DNA of 64,000 bases from Methanotrichaceae archaeon (GTDB taxonomy: Archaea > Halobacteriota > Methanosarcinia > Methanotrichales > Methanotrichaceae), in NCBI GenBank assembly GCA_963813075.1, contig CAWEXU010000004.1:357656-421655 (forward strand), written 5' to 3'. Both the position numbers and the translations under genes were made by a program. A model generated the notes under the pieces. It searched no databases. It was not told the origin of the DNA and worked only from the letters and a program-made list of their open reading frames with translations. Shown here one piece after another: positions 1-11,506 of the stretch (positions are counted from its first letter, which is position 1; the number at the start of each line of letters is the position of its first letter).

Positions 1-132
1 GCTCATCTGACCATTGCCGCCCTCAAATCCTTCCATCTGATCGGCCTGAACCGCATCCGCAAGGCCGAATGATATCAAGCCCGCCATAGAGCATAGCCAG
101 AGCCGGATAGAGAAATCCTCTGCCAACTTCAT
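1..132 (-). CDS. Partial hypothetical secreted protein (runs off the window edge)
   Basis: Manual translation from ATG 132: MKLAEDFSIRLWLCSMAGLISFGLADAVQADQMEGFEGGNGQMS; GGAG RBS upstream; signal-peptide-like N-terminus; absent from the ORF track. Confidence 0.5.
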   Translation of the reverse strand, partial: MKLAEDFSIRLWLCSMAGLISFGLADAVQADQMEGFEGGNGQMS

Positions 133-266
133 TCATCGAGATTCTCCTGCCAAATACTGACTGCAACTCAATCCAATTTAAACATCTCCAGAGGGGAAGA
201 AAAGAAGGATGGACGGCAGACTTTAACTTCTGCCGTGCACCATTTGGGGTGTAAGTCTGGGGCACT

Positions 267-891
267 TCAGGCCACAAGTCGGCGGTACTGGATCGAGACC
301 CAGTTGATGATTCCCTCTTTGGCCTGCAAATCTCTGCTCTCATTGATCAGCTCACTTATGGTCATATTATTCTGGGCCTCCACCTTTTCCTGCCACAGAT
401 CGCGGATCTCATTGAGGGTCATGTTGTCCAGTTCCTGCATCTTTTTCTCATTCAGATCCAGGATCTGATTGAGGCTCATCTCGCCCAGCTCTTCTGTAGT
501 GACGTCGTCCATCAGCAAAAGGGCATTGGATCCCGAGGCCAGGAAGCCATAGCAGCTGGGCCCGGCAAAGAGGGGTTTCCCTGCAGCCACGGCCCGGCCG
601 CCAGCAGCATTCATCTGCCCATCAAGTGGCATTCTCATGATCCTGGCCTGCAATGCAGTTCTGCCCTTCAGGTGAGCAGTTCTGGGCGATCTTTTCCCTC
701 TCCCTTATCTCCCCGAGGGTCATGTTCCCCAGCTCTTCAGATGTTACATTATTCAGAGCGAAGATCATTTTGCCCTGCCCGTGCATTCCCATTCCTCTAT
801 CCATGGGCATGGATAATGCCCCCGAGATAAGGAGACAGGCAGCCGCTATAGTGATCAGGGCCATTCTGCGGCTCATTTCAATAGAGTTCAT
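267..891 (-). CDS. Secreted hypothetical protein with repeated (E/Q)LxNMTLxEI motifs; frameshift near 650
   Basis: ORFs 622..1044 and 267..653 share the motif; GAGGT RBS before ATG 891; hydrophobic signal RRMALITIAAACLLISGALS. Confidence 0.65.
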
Positions 892-1093
892 TTTTATACT
901 ACCTCTCGAATTTACTACCACACTATATTTCCACTCTCGATTCGGTTTAACAACATTTTTTCTTCCCGGAAAGGAGCTCTGCCCTTCCGGCAATACCACC
1001 TCCATCTGAACGATAGAAAAAATAAGAGCAGAACGAACCATCAAAAATGAGAAGGGAACGATGCCCTTGAGCCTGGCCCGAAGAAATAATGGA

Positions 1094-2410
1094 TTAAGAA
1101 CGTTCCCTTTGGGATAAAAACCACTCAGAAAGTTCTATTATGTTTGTCCTCCCCCATTCCTTCTTAGTAACCAGCCGTCTCCTCTCTAAAGAGATCTAAA
1201 ATGCCGGTTAGAGACGATTTAGGGGTTCTGGTCTCATATCTGATATCCGCCTGCGTCATTCTGCCCCCGTGCTCGACCAGGGTGGTTATCACCGCCTGCT
1301 CTCTGGGGGTCAGGGTCTGAATGACCGCCTCCATCTCCCGGCTCAACTGGATTCTCTTTTCCTCCCCTGGCTTAATGGCGGCCATTTCAGAGGCTTGATC
1401 CAGGTCAGCATCAGGTTGCCTGCCGGACCGGTCAGGTTCCTCGATATCCTCTGAGCCCAGGACAGAGGCATCATCGCCCGAATGAGATGGAGGGACGATG
1501 CCACTTCCGTCCGCGAAAGTATCGGCGAAAGACGAGGAAGAGACGGGTGGGTGGCCGCCATCCGCCTCATCGGCAAGAGCGACTTTCTCGGCAGCAGATG
1601 GGCTGACAGCACTCGAGCCCTCATTTTGGGATCGATCCAGGCTGGCCGGGCATTCGTCCCTGCTCGCTGCAGGAGGCAAGTGCCGAGGGGGGGACGGGAT
1701 CTCTTCTGCTTTTCCAGGAGGAGAGGGGCTGGCAGGCGGGTGGAACCTGCGCCTCCAGAGGATCACCCCCAGAGCCGATCCCATGGCCAGAACGAATGCC
1801 CCCACCAGGAACAGGAGGAGATTGATATCCGTGCCTGGATCGCCAGGAGGAAGGCCGGGGGGGACGGCAGGAGGAGAGAAGGGTGCCGGTCCTGTAGCCA
1901 GTGGTTGCTGATATTGAATGGAGATCGAAGGATCCTGAACCTCATAGCCCTGCACATCGGCTACAAGGGAATCATTGAAGGCGGAGAGATGATACTGGAG
2001 GCCGGATGAGGCGTTGATCTGTCCCAGTCGCATATCACCGGGCAGATAAAAGGTGATCCTATAGTCCTCGAAGACGCCCACGGCATCCAAATTCAGCGTC
2101 CAGAGCTGGCTGGACTTTGCGGTCAGGCCGTCGGTGAGGGCATAAAGCCTGTGAGTATCGTTCTCATACTGGTACTCAGAGGTAGCGAGAAACTCCAGGC
2201 CGGATATATCATCGGCATAGCCGGTAACCAGGGCTTTTCCCGCCGGGTCCAGATAGACATTGAGAAAGAGGCTATCCTGCCTGGACGCTCCCTCTGCTGC
2301 CAGAGAGGGGGACAAAGTTGAGAGAATAAAGATATGCCGACCAGGAAAATGCCGGCCAGGAGAGCGATTTGTCTGCGTTTAGTACGTCTCCTGTCGATAC
2401 ATATTCTCAT
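1094..2410 (-). CDS. Membrane-anchored MarR-like winged-helix transcriptional regulator; frameshifts near 2310 and 1195
   Basis: Signal peptide in ORF 2123..2410; extracellular domain; TM LLLFLVGAFVLAMGSALGVILW followed by RRR; Pro/acidic linker; C-terminal LTPREQAVITTLVEHGGRMTQADIRYETRTPKSSLTGIL continuing in another frame as ISLERRRLVTKKEWGRTNIIEL. Confidence 0.75.
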
Positions 2411-2563
2411 AGCGTATACCGTCTTTAGCCAGGATCTATTTAAAATTACTCGGAATTCAATGTCCTTTCGGCGGGCAGAACTCCTGCAGATCTATTCCGC
2501 TAATTGTCTATCTTTCCCCCCTAAATTCGCCGCCCTGTGAAGGCCCTCCTTGCCGTTTTTCAC

Positions 2564-4200
2564 TTAACCGCTCCTCCAGGCTACAGGCATCCTCCAGCCC
2601 CTTCCAAAGCTCCTATCGGTCACCTTCAGGCCGGGCGGGGCCTGAAGCCTCTTGAATTCGGCTTTCCCTGACCAGGGAGGTGACCTGGTCGATCACCGTC
2701 TCAGCAAATCCGGCGGCGAAGCAGATCCGCCCGGGACTGGTGCTCATCGATATACCGCTTGAGGATCTCATCCAGGACCGGGTATGGCGGCAGGCTGTCC
2801 TGATCGGTCTGGCCGGGCCGCAGCTCCGCCGAGGGAGGCTTATTTATGATGCTCGGGGGAATGATCGCCCGGCCGGAGGTGGAGTTGAGCCATTCTGCTA
2901 TCCGGTAGACCATGGTCTTGGGCAGGTCGGAGATTGGGGCCAGGCCCCCGGCCAGATCGCCATAGATGGTGCAGTAGCCTACCAACAGCTCGGATTTGTT
3001 ACCGGTGGCCAGGAGAATGGAGCCATACTTATTGGACAGGGCCATGAGGAGAGTGGAGCGGATGCGGGCCTGGATGTTCTCCTCGGTGACGTCTTTAGGC
3101 CGCCCGGCGAAGTGCTCCCTCAGCTCTCGCTCATAGGAGTTCATGATCTCAGTGATGGGGATGGTGACCGTTCTCATACCCAGGTTGGCCGCCAAAGCCT
3201 GGGCATCATCAATGCTCCTCTGGCTGGTGTAGGGCGAGGGCAGGATCACCCCCAGTACGTTCTTCGGCCCCAGGGCACTGGCGGCTATGGCCGCCACCAG
3301 GGCGGAGTCGATCCCTCCAGATATCCCCAGGAGGACGGCAGAAAAGCCGCATTTATGCACATAATCCCTGGTGCCCAGGACCAGGGCCTGCCAGATCTCC
3401 GCTTCGGGGGCCAGGTCGCCAGTGGCTATGCTCTCTTCTGGCTCATCCAGGTCTGCTACGATGATATCCTCTTCAAAACCCCGTCCCCGAACAGAAAGCC
3501 GGCCTGCGGCATCAAAAAAGCAGCTTCTGCCATCGAATATCAGCTCGTCGTTTCCGCCCACCTGGTTTACATAGAGGATGGGAAGGCTCCACTTCCGGGC
3601 GAGCCCGGAGAGCATTGCCTCCCGATATTGCTGCCCTCCCGCGGTGAAGGGGGAGGCGGACAGGTTGACTATAACATCAGCGCCTTTCGCCCGAAGCTCG
3701 GCAATGGGATCGAGCCGGTCCCGCCGTTCTTTGTCGCTGCTGTCCATAAGAGGCTCGCCGATCAATATGCCCAGGGATTTGCCCTTGATCTGCAGAATTC
3801 GGGGCACCTCTCCCGGCTGGAAGTAGCGGCCCTCACAGAATAGATCACTGCCAGGGAAGACTCTCTTCTGAAAGGTCTCCTCCACCTTCCCACCCCGGAT
3901 CAGGGCGGCAGAGTTGAAAAGAGGTCGGCCCTGGCCAGTGTTGTTGGGCTCCGCCAGGCCCACCAGAACCGGAGGGAGATCTGCCAGCTCGCTAGCCAGC
4001 TCCCGCAAAGCCTGCCAGCACCGCTCTACAAATTCCTCATTGAGAAACAGGTCGCATGGAGGATAGCCGGTGAGGGCAAGCTCGGAGGTGACGGCTAAAT
4101 CGAAATCCAAAGCGCCTCGGGCGGCTCTGACGATGAGATCACAATTTCCGGCCAGGTCTCCCACGGTGGGGTTCAGCTGCAATAAGGCGACCTTCATCAT
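2564..4200 (-). CDS. nadE: Glutamine-dependent NAD+ synthetase; C-terminal frameshifts
   Basis: N-terminal nitrilase domain; [26 protein letters not shown] motifs; the tail [14 protein letters not shown] continues in a shifted frame to a stop at 2564. Confidence 0.92.
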
Positions 4201-4218
4201 AGTCGTAAGCCGCGTCCT

Positions 4219-4575
4219 TTAGGGCGCGGTAGTTGAATTCCCGGCATCTGCTTTTATCTGCGCTATCACCCGGCCTGACCTTTCGGTGAAGGCCTCTGCT
4301 GCATCATGAAGGGCGGCAACTGCGCCCTCTGGCCCCTCCTCCATATCGGTGCTCACTAAGAGCATGGCATTGACGTCGGTCGAGGTCATCCAGGCGATAT
4401 CCGAGCAGGCTATGCCCTCGCCAACATTGTCCTTGACCGCAGCCAGGAGAGCTTCCATCGCTGCCACAATCCTTTCCGGCTCTATCTGGGCGGGAATGAT
4501 GATCTGCACCCCGGTCTCCAGATGAATCATGCCCATTCCCGGGCCGATGCTGGACTTCGCTTCTGTCTCGCTCAT
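4219..4575 (-). CDS. Hypothetical protein (118 aa)
   Basis: Protein-like C-terminal part of ORF 4219..4965 starting at ATG 4575 (MSETEAKSSIGPG); directly upstream of nadE on the same strand. Confidence 0.6.
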   Translation of the reverse strand: MSETEAKSSIGPGMGMIHLETGVQIIIPAQIEPERIVAAMEALLAAVKDNVGEGIACSDIAWMTSTDVNAMLLVSTDMEEGPEGAVAALHDAAEAFTERSGRVIAQIKADAGNSTTAP

Positions 4576-4901
4576 GAAGGAATATATGCACGGCAGGGGT
4601 TTATTAATCCCAGCTTTGCGAGATCCATACCCTGGCACGGTCAGCACGATGGTATGCTTGCCCTTTATGATGCCAATCATCCTCGCGAAGCGAGAGAGGA
4701 ATGGAAGCTTCGGGCCGTATGCCGGCTCGGTCAAGCTGCAATCTGCCCCGTGGCGTGAATACGAAGACCAGGATGCGTGCGCGACGAGCTGAAGGGGCGA
4801 GGCGAGGGAAGAATGCGAAAAGAGGCCAGGAGCACGAGGATGGGGCATGATCGAGGAAATGTCCAGCGGAAGAAATGCAGCGAGAAGACAGATGAGGTTT
4901 A

Positions 4902-5324
4902 ATGATACGGTTTTTTGAATCATCGGATATGAATGACGTCCTGAGCATTTGGCTGAAAGCCTCAATCAGGGCGCATGGCTTTGTTGCAAAGGAATTTTGG
5001 GAATCAAGAGTTGAAGACATGCGCGAAATGTATATCCCAGCTTCCGAGACTTATGTCTTCTCAGAGAACGGAGCCATTTTGGGCTTTTTCTCTCTCCAGG
5101 CAGATTCGTTGGCGGCGATGTTCGTCTCTCCTGATGCCCAGGGCAGGGGGATTGGCCAGAAGCTGATGAATAAAGCAAAATCGCTGAGAAGAAAATTGAA
5201 TCTTTCCGTATATCGCGAGAATGAGAAAAGCATTCAGTTTTACAGGAAATGCGGATTCAAAACTGTAGAGGAAAGAGTTGACGAAGGCACGGGGCATATT
5301 GAAATCTTAATGGAGTACGGCTAA
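4902..5324 (+). CDS. GNAT N-acetyltransferase (YiaC/YjaB-like)
   Basis: FVSPDAQGRGIGQKL acetyl-CoA motif A; NEKSIQFYRKCGF motif B; GAGG RBS. Confidence 0.9.
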   Translation: MIRFFESSDMNDVLSIWLKASIRAHGFVAKEFWESRVEDMREMYIPASETYVFSENGAILGFFSLQADSLAAMFVSPDAQGRGIGQKLMNKAKSLRRKLNLSVYRENEKSIQFYRKCGFKTVEERVDEGTGHIEILMEYG

Positions 5325-5340
5325 TAATAGCAGCCTGAAC

Positions 5341-5465
5341 GGCGGGAACAAGCACACTCTCCCGTCTCAGATGAATCAGCCCCCGTCCCCGGGCCGATGC
5401 TGGACTATGCCTGCGGTCTCCTTCACGAGAAGATATATGCCTGGTGAGCTTTCAGCTAAGAGATC
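5341..5465 (-). pseudogene. Degenerate copy of the 5' end of the 4219..4575 gene
   Basis: Aligns by eye with 4489..~4625, including the identical 19-mer CCCGGGCCGATGCTGGACT (4538-4556 and 5388-5406). Confidence 0.6.
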
Positions 5466-5603
5466 AGCACTCCTGTGGAGAGACGAATATACCGGTGCAT
5501 TCTCCGCCCTCCTCCCAGAACATATACAGGAGCTGAGGATCAAGTTGGCGCAATGATGATATGGCCTGTCTGATTGATGATGAGGATATTGAGTTCTGAG
5601 CGC

Positions 5604-6575
5604 CTATAGATCCCTTCCCGGAGCGAGATCGCAGCCAGTGCACTGGTAGCAGCCGGTGAGAGCCTGGCTTCCGTCCAGACCGTTCTCATCCAGCTTCATC
5701 TTCAGGTATCGCGCCAGCCCCAGCAGCCTTTCCGCCGAAGGCCGGACTATATCCGCCTCCCCCTGGCGCAGGGGATGGGGATAAGCCGCCCGCAGGATGG
5801 GAAGAACGCCCATACCCGTAAGCTCATCTATACCCCGCAGGAGGGACTGGTCCGACTCCCCCAGGCCGATGATCAGATTGGAGAAGACATGGTTTGGGCC
5901 GAACAATTCCACTGCCTCCTCCAGAGCATCCATTATCTCCTGATAGGACAATCCCGGGCAGACCCGGGCAAATATTTCCCGATCGACCGTCTCCAGATTG
6001 TACTTGACCTCATTCGCCCCCGCATCCAAAAGAATCCGGTTGACCCCGGGAAAGGGATTGACAGAGACCCCGATTGGCACACCGAATCCCTTTAAATCGC
6101 GAACCAGAGCCGCCACCCTCTCCGCCTCCTGCTGGGGGGAGACCTCAGTGCCGCTGGTCAGGGAGATGGACTCCAGCCTGCCCGTGGCCTTCGCCTCACT
6201 CACCATCTCCATCACCCTCTGGTGAGACTTCACCTTCCCCATCAGCCTGGGCACAGCACAGAACTTGCAGTCGTAGATGCAGCGCTCGGAGATGGTGATG
6301 TAGGCCTGACCGGGACAGTGCAGGAGGGGATCGACCACCCTGCCCCGGGCAATCACCCTGCCCTGCAGAGTTATGGCCGCGCCATCCCCATCCATCTCCA
6401 GTTGGAGGGTGGAGCTATCCACTACCGATAGGCGCACCATATGCGAGCCGGACTGAAAGAAGACCGAGCTTTCCCCGGCACCTGGGCCAGCGGTGGACGC
6501 CCCACCTCCGCGGCCAGGCTGGGTGAGCTGAACCGTTCCCAGGGAGATAAGTTGGGCTTTTGTCTCCAGATCCAT
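5604..6575 (-). CDS. Radical SAM protein (biotin synthase-related archaeal family)
   Basis: CxxxCxxC (CIYDCKFC), NLET motif, C-terminal CYQCTGC. Confidence 0.88.
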   Translation of the reverse strand: MDLETKAQLISLGTVQLTQPGRGGGASTAGPGAGESSVFFQSGSHMVRLSVVDSSTLQLEMDGDGAAITLQGRVIARGRVVDPLLHCPGQAYITISERCIYDCKFCAVPRLMGKVKSHQRVMEMVSEAKATGRLESISLTSGTEVSPQQEAERVAALVRDLKGFGVPIGVSVNPFPGVNRILLDAGANEVKYNLETVDREIFARVCPGLSYQEIMDALEEAVELFGPNHVFSNLIIGLGESDQSLLRGIDELTGMGVLPILRAAYPHPLRQGEADIVRPSAERLLGLARYLKMKLDENGLDGSQALTGCYQCTGCDLAPGRDL

Positions 6576-6675
6576 TCACCGCAATTCTCATTTTCCAGGT
6601 TAAAGAAATGATGGTCTGGGCAATGAGGTTTATTACCCATTCCTATTCAATAGACATCTGCACTGGGCGGTATCC

Positions 6676-7680
6676 ATGAACGAGGCAATGATATTTTTCG
6701 CTGGCCTTCTCGCTCTCATCCTGGGAGCGGAGCTGGTAGTGCGAGGAGCATCGCGCCTGGCGGCATTGCTGGGGGTAAAACCTCTGCTGATAGGCCTCAC
6801 CATCGTCTCCATCGGCACCAGCATGCCCGAGCTGGCAGTGGCCATCACCGCCGGTCTGCAGGGGAGCAGCCCCCTGGCGGTGGCCAACGTCGCAGGCACC
6901 AATCTGGTCAACATCCTCTTCATCCTCGGCCTGAGCGCATTGATCCGGCCCCTGGCCCTCCACCTGCAGGTCCTCAACCTGGACCTGCCCATGATGATCG
7001 TCGCCGCCGCCGCTCTGGCCGGCCTGACCTCAGATGGGGTCCTGACCCCACTGGAAGGAGGCCTGATGGTTGGAGCATCCGTAATTTATACCGTGGCCGT
7101 GGTCCGCAGCAGCAGGGCTGAGTCTGCTTATGTGAAAAGGGAGTTCGAGGACATGTGCGGCGACGGCTTCATGAAAGGCTGCCGCCCGGAGGCTCTGTCC
7201 CCTGACAGAAAAGAGCTGCTGGCAAGGGCGAAGTATGCCGCCATGCTCATCGCGGGAATGTCCATAACGGTAATTGGGGCCGGCTGGCTGGTGGATGGGG
7301 CGACGGTTCTCGCCCGGACGCTCAATATCCCGGAGGCAATAATCGGCCTTACCGTCGTCGCCATCGGCACATCAGCTCCGGAGCTGGTCACCACAGTCGT
7401 CGCCACCCTCAGAGATGAGAGGGACGTCGCCATCGGCAACCTTCTGGGAAGCAGCATCTACAACATTCTCCTCATACTGGGCCTTGCCGCCATGGTCACT
7501 CCGGGAGGCCTCTCTGTGACCCGCCAGCTCCAGCTCTTCGACATCCCCCTGATGACTCTGGTCGCCCTGGCCTGCGTGCCCGTATTCCTCACCGGCAGGT
7601 GCATCTCCCGGATGGAGGGAGGGCTGGGAGTGGCTGCTTATCTGATATACCTGATATGGCTGGTCCTGTTCCGGGCCTGA
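6676..7680 (+). CDS. Calcium/sodium antiporter (CaCA, YrbG-like)
   Basis: Two alpha repeats GTSMPEL and GTSAPEL; multiple TM helices. Confidence 0.92.
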   Translation: MNEAMIFFAGLLALILGAELVVRGASRLAALLGVKPLLIGLTIVSIGTSMPELAVAITAGLQGSSPLAVANVAGTNLVNILFILGLSALIRPLALHLQVLNLDLPMMIVAAAALAGLTSDGVLTPLEGGLMVGASVIYTVAVVRSSRAESAYVKREFEDMCGDGFMKGCRPEALSPDRKELLARAKYAAMLIAGMSITVIGAGWLVDGATVLARTLNIPEAIIGLTVVAIGTSAPELVTTVVATLRDERDVAIGNLLGSSIYNILLILGLAAMVTPGGLSVTRQLQLFDIPLMTLVALACVPVFLTGRCISRMEGGLGVAAYLIYLIWLVLFRA

Positions 7681-7780
7681 TGCCCCCGGATGATAGTCGG
7701 CAGCTGAAGTCTCCACCCCGGAGTGCAGCGGGGCAGAAGAGACATTCTTCAAGATCCGAAAATCTACCAGGGGGTATGAT

Positions 7781-9288
7781 CTACTGCTCAGGCTGGATAT
7801 CCTCCGCCACGATCTCCTTTTTCTCCACCAATGATCGAAGGAGTTCCAGGGACGGGCCGCTGGACTGGACGGAGAGGCGGTCTCCCCCCTTCAGAACGGT
7901 GCTCCCGCCGGGACGGAGGGGGTGGCCTTCCCTTCTCACCACCGCAATCCAGGTGTCATCAGGCAGGTTGAGGTCTGCGATCTGCTTTCCATCGGCTGCG
8001 CTGCCCGGCAGAACCCTGAGCTTCACCAACGGCTCCCACTCATCTTTTCCTGCCACCGCCTCCGGCGGCTCGGGGAGAGAGAGCCAGGGGGGCATAAACC
8101 CCCAGCCTGCGGGCGACGAAAGGTATGCTTGACCCCTGCACCAATACACTGGTCAGTACCACGAAGAAGACCACATTGAAGATCATATCCGCCTTCTGGA
8201 CCCCGGATATGAGAGGGAATGTGGCCAGGATGATGGGGACCGACCCCCGCAGGCCCACCCAGGAGACCATCACCCTCTCTTTAAGGGGCATTTTCCGGAA
8301 GGGCAACAGGCAGATGAGTACGGCAATCGGTCGGGCCAGGAACATCAGCACAAAGCAGATGAACAGACCAATGCCCGCCACTGGGAGGAGCTGGGAGGGA
8401 AAAACCAGCAGCCCCAGGGTCAAGAACATGACGATCTGCATCAGCCAGGCCATGCTGTCATGGTCATCTATCAAGCTGCGCTTGTGGATAAAAGAGTGGC
8501 TGCCCAGGCTCAATCCAGCAATGTAGACGGCCAGAAAACCATTCCCCCCGAGAGCTGCAGTCAAGGCATAGGTCAGCAGAACCAGAGATATGGTCAGCAG
8601 CGGATAGAGGCCCCGATAATCAAGGCGAATGCGATTGACGACGATGGCCATGCCCCGGCCCATAATGTAGCCGAATACCGCTCCCAGGGCCATCTGCTGG
8701 GCGAAGATGGAGATCAGAGCGGTGGGGGAGGCAATCGCCCCGGTGATCAATGCAATCAGAGCTGGTGGTAAGGAAGATGGCCATGGGATCGTTGCTGCCC
8801 GACTCCAGCTCCAAAAGAGGCCTCAGATCTCCTTTCAGGCTGATCTGCTTTGAGCGGAGAATGGAGAATACCGCGGCAGCATCGGTGGAGGAGATGATTG
8901 CCGCCAGGAGCATCGCCTCCAGGAGGCTGAAGTCCAGCACATAGTAGGCAGCATAGCCGACGATGATGGCGGTGAGCATGACCCCCACCGTGGAGAGGAC
9001 CACCCCTCTCCACAGGACGGGCTTGATCTCCTTCCATTTGGTGTCCAGGCCGCCGGAGAAGAGGATGAAGATCATGGCCACTGTCCCCAGGTACTGGGCC
9101 AGCCAGGGATTGTTGAACTCGATCCCCCCCGGCCCGTCTGAGCCGGCCAGCATGCCGATCAGCAGAAATAAAACCAGGGTGGGCACACCCAGCTGGGTGG
9201 ACGCCTTGCTGGAGACTACGCTCAAAAGGAGCATAACGGCCACGCCCAGCAGAAGGTATTCCAGCAAGATCATAACATTATTTTCCAC
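7781..9288 (-). CDS. Potassium/proton antiporter (CvrA/NhaP2) with C-terminal TrkA-C domain; two frameshifts
   Basis: [45 protein letters not shown] motifs spread over ORFs 8620..9288, 8040..8750 and 7781..8149. Confidence 0.88.
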
Positions 9289-9353
9289 TTCCTTACATCG
9301 ATATTAGCCTTCTTGATAGTGACCGGTCGATCATGTCGGGGGCGGCCTACGAA

Positions 9354-11366
9354 CTACGAGGCCACATTCTTGCGAAGCGCATCTGCCTTGCCGAACAGAT
9401 CGGCCACGGAGGCTATCCGATCTCGGAGCCCAGGATGATGGCCACATCATCCGGCTGAAGAACGAAGCTCTCATCAGGATGGTTGATCACCTGAGATTCC
9501 CTATTCACCGCCAGCAAGGATATGCCTATCTCCCTCAGTCCGATCTCCTCCAGCGACCTTCCTGCCGCAGGCGAGCCGGCCAGGACCTTGAGGGTGAAGA
9601 ACTCATTCTGAATCATGTTAAGGTCAGTGGTGCAGTTGGGCTCTGACCGAGATGCTGCGAAACATCTCATACCCATCTGCCCGGATATGGTTTATGAAGG
9701 AGTCGATCCTCTCCCTGGGCACCTCGTACCTCTCCAGCACCCGGCAGAATATCTCCACGCTGGTCTCATACTCCTCTGGAATGACCTCATTCGCCCCCAG
9801 ACGGTACAGAGAGCTCATTTCATGAATGTATCTGGTCCTGTCGATTATATAAATATCAGGGTTCAGCCTCTGGCCAGATCGGTCACCCTGCGGGTTGCCG
9901 ACCGATCGGAGATGGCCACCACCAGCACCCGAGCGCTCTTGATCCCGGCATTCAGCAGGACATGCTCTTGGGTGGCATCTCCATATCGAATGGGCTCGCC
10001 GATTCTGAACTCGGATTTCACTGTCTCCGGATCGATGTCCACTATGACATACGGTATGCCCTCGCTCTTGGCAGATAGGGCCACATTCCTGCCATTCACC
10101 CCATATCCGATGATGATCAGGTGGTCATTCATCGCCTTGACATCCGGCAGATCAGCGGGCAGGGATGCTGGCCCTCTCGCCTGGCAAGGGGGAGCCTTGT
10201 TGCAGCGTCCGCCAGCCTTGATGATACCGCTATGATGGAGGAAGTGGCCACCATGGTCAGGACGGCGACATCCAGAAATATCCGGTAGAGCTCCGGGCTG
10301 AGCAGGCCGTACTCCAGGCCGACCTTGGAGAGGACGAAGGAGAACTCCCCGACCTGGCTCAGGGCCAGTCCGACCAGAACGGCAATTCTCAGGGGCAGGC
10401 CCATGATGGCCACCGTGGCCCCGGCGATCAGGGATTTCAGGAGCATCACCCCAAAAGCGAGGAGAATGACATAGAAGGGATTGGCTATCAGAAAGCGGAC
10501 ATCCAGGAGCATGCCGATGGAGACGAAAAAGAAGCTGGTGAAGGCATCCCGCAGGGGCAGCACATTGCCAAAGGCCTGGTGGCTGTACTGGGACTCGGAT
10601 ATGGTAAGGCCGGCCAGAAATGCCCCCAAACCCAAAGACAATCCCGCAGACGAGGTGACAAATGCCACGGCAAAGCATATCGCCACCAGGCTCAGGAGGA
10701 ACAGCTCCCGATCGTCCGTCCGGGCGATGTGGTAAAGGGCAAAAGGCACCAGCCATTTGGCGCTGATGATCACCAGGGCGATCAGGACCAGGCCCTCGGC
10801 CAGAATGATGAGAGGAGATTCGGGAATCTCGCCCACCGCGCCAGGCAGGAGGGGGACGGCCAGCATCAGAGGGACCATGGCGATATCCTGGAAGATGAGA
10901 ATGCCAAGGATCGTCCTGCCCTGGGGGTGTACATCTCGGATTTTTTCTGGACAATTCGCAGCACAATGGCCGTACTGCTCATGGATACCAGAAATCCGAT
11001 CAGGACTGCCGTGCCCACCGGCTGGCCGAAGTAGATCAGCAGGGCATAGACGGCGAGGATGGTCAGGGCGAGCTGAAGGGTGCCCCCAACCAGGACATAC
11101 TTTTTCATGCGCACCAGGTCTTTCAGAGAGATCTCCATTCCGATGGTGAAGAGCAAGAGGATGACCCCTATCTCCGCCAGGACATCGACCTCTTCAGTGG
11201 CCTGGATCAGTCTAAGCCCCTGGGGGCCGGCCAGTATCCCCGTAAAGATGAAACCAACTATGGCCGGTGCCCTGATCTTATGAAATATGAAGAGGACTGA
11301 TACCGAAAGCACAAATATGACTGCTATATCCCCAAGAAGCGACATTTGCAGATCTATCAACCCCAC
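9354..11366 (-). CDS. Kef-type CPA2 cation:proton antiporter with TrkA-N and TrkA-C domains; several frameshifts
   Basis: AEIGVILLLFTIGME, SMSSTAIV, LSQVGEFSFVL, IIIGYGVNG, YGDAT motifs across five fragments. Confidence 0.88.
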
Positions 11367-11506
11367 CCACTGGCCCAGTTTATATCAAATGTCATTGATT
11401 ATAATCATTTGCCGTGATTGCATAAAAAATTGCCCATCCAGATGCACTGGCAGAGGAAGAGAAAAAGGAAAATGTGGGGCCCCATCCGGTCAACGAAAAT
11501 GGTGAC

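Noticed and set aside
2680..3843. 387-aa plus-strand ORF
   Set aside because: Antisense to nadE with no motif of its own
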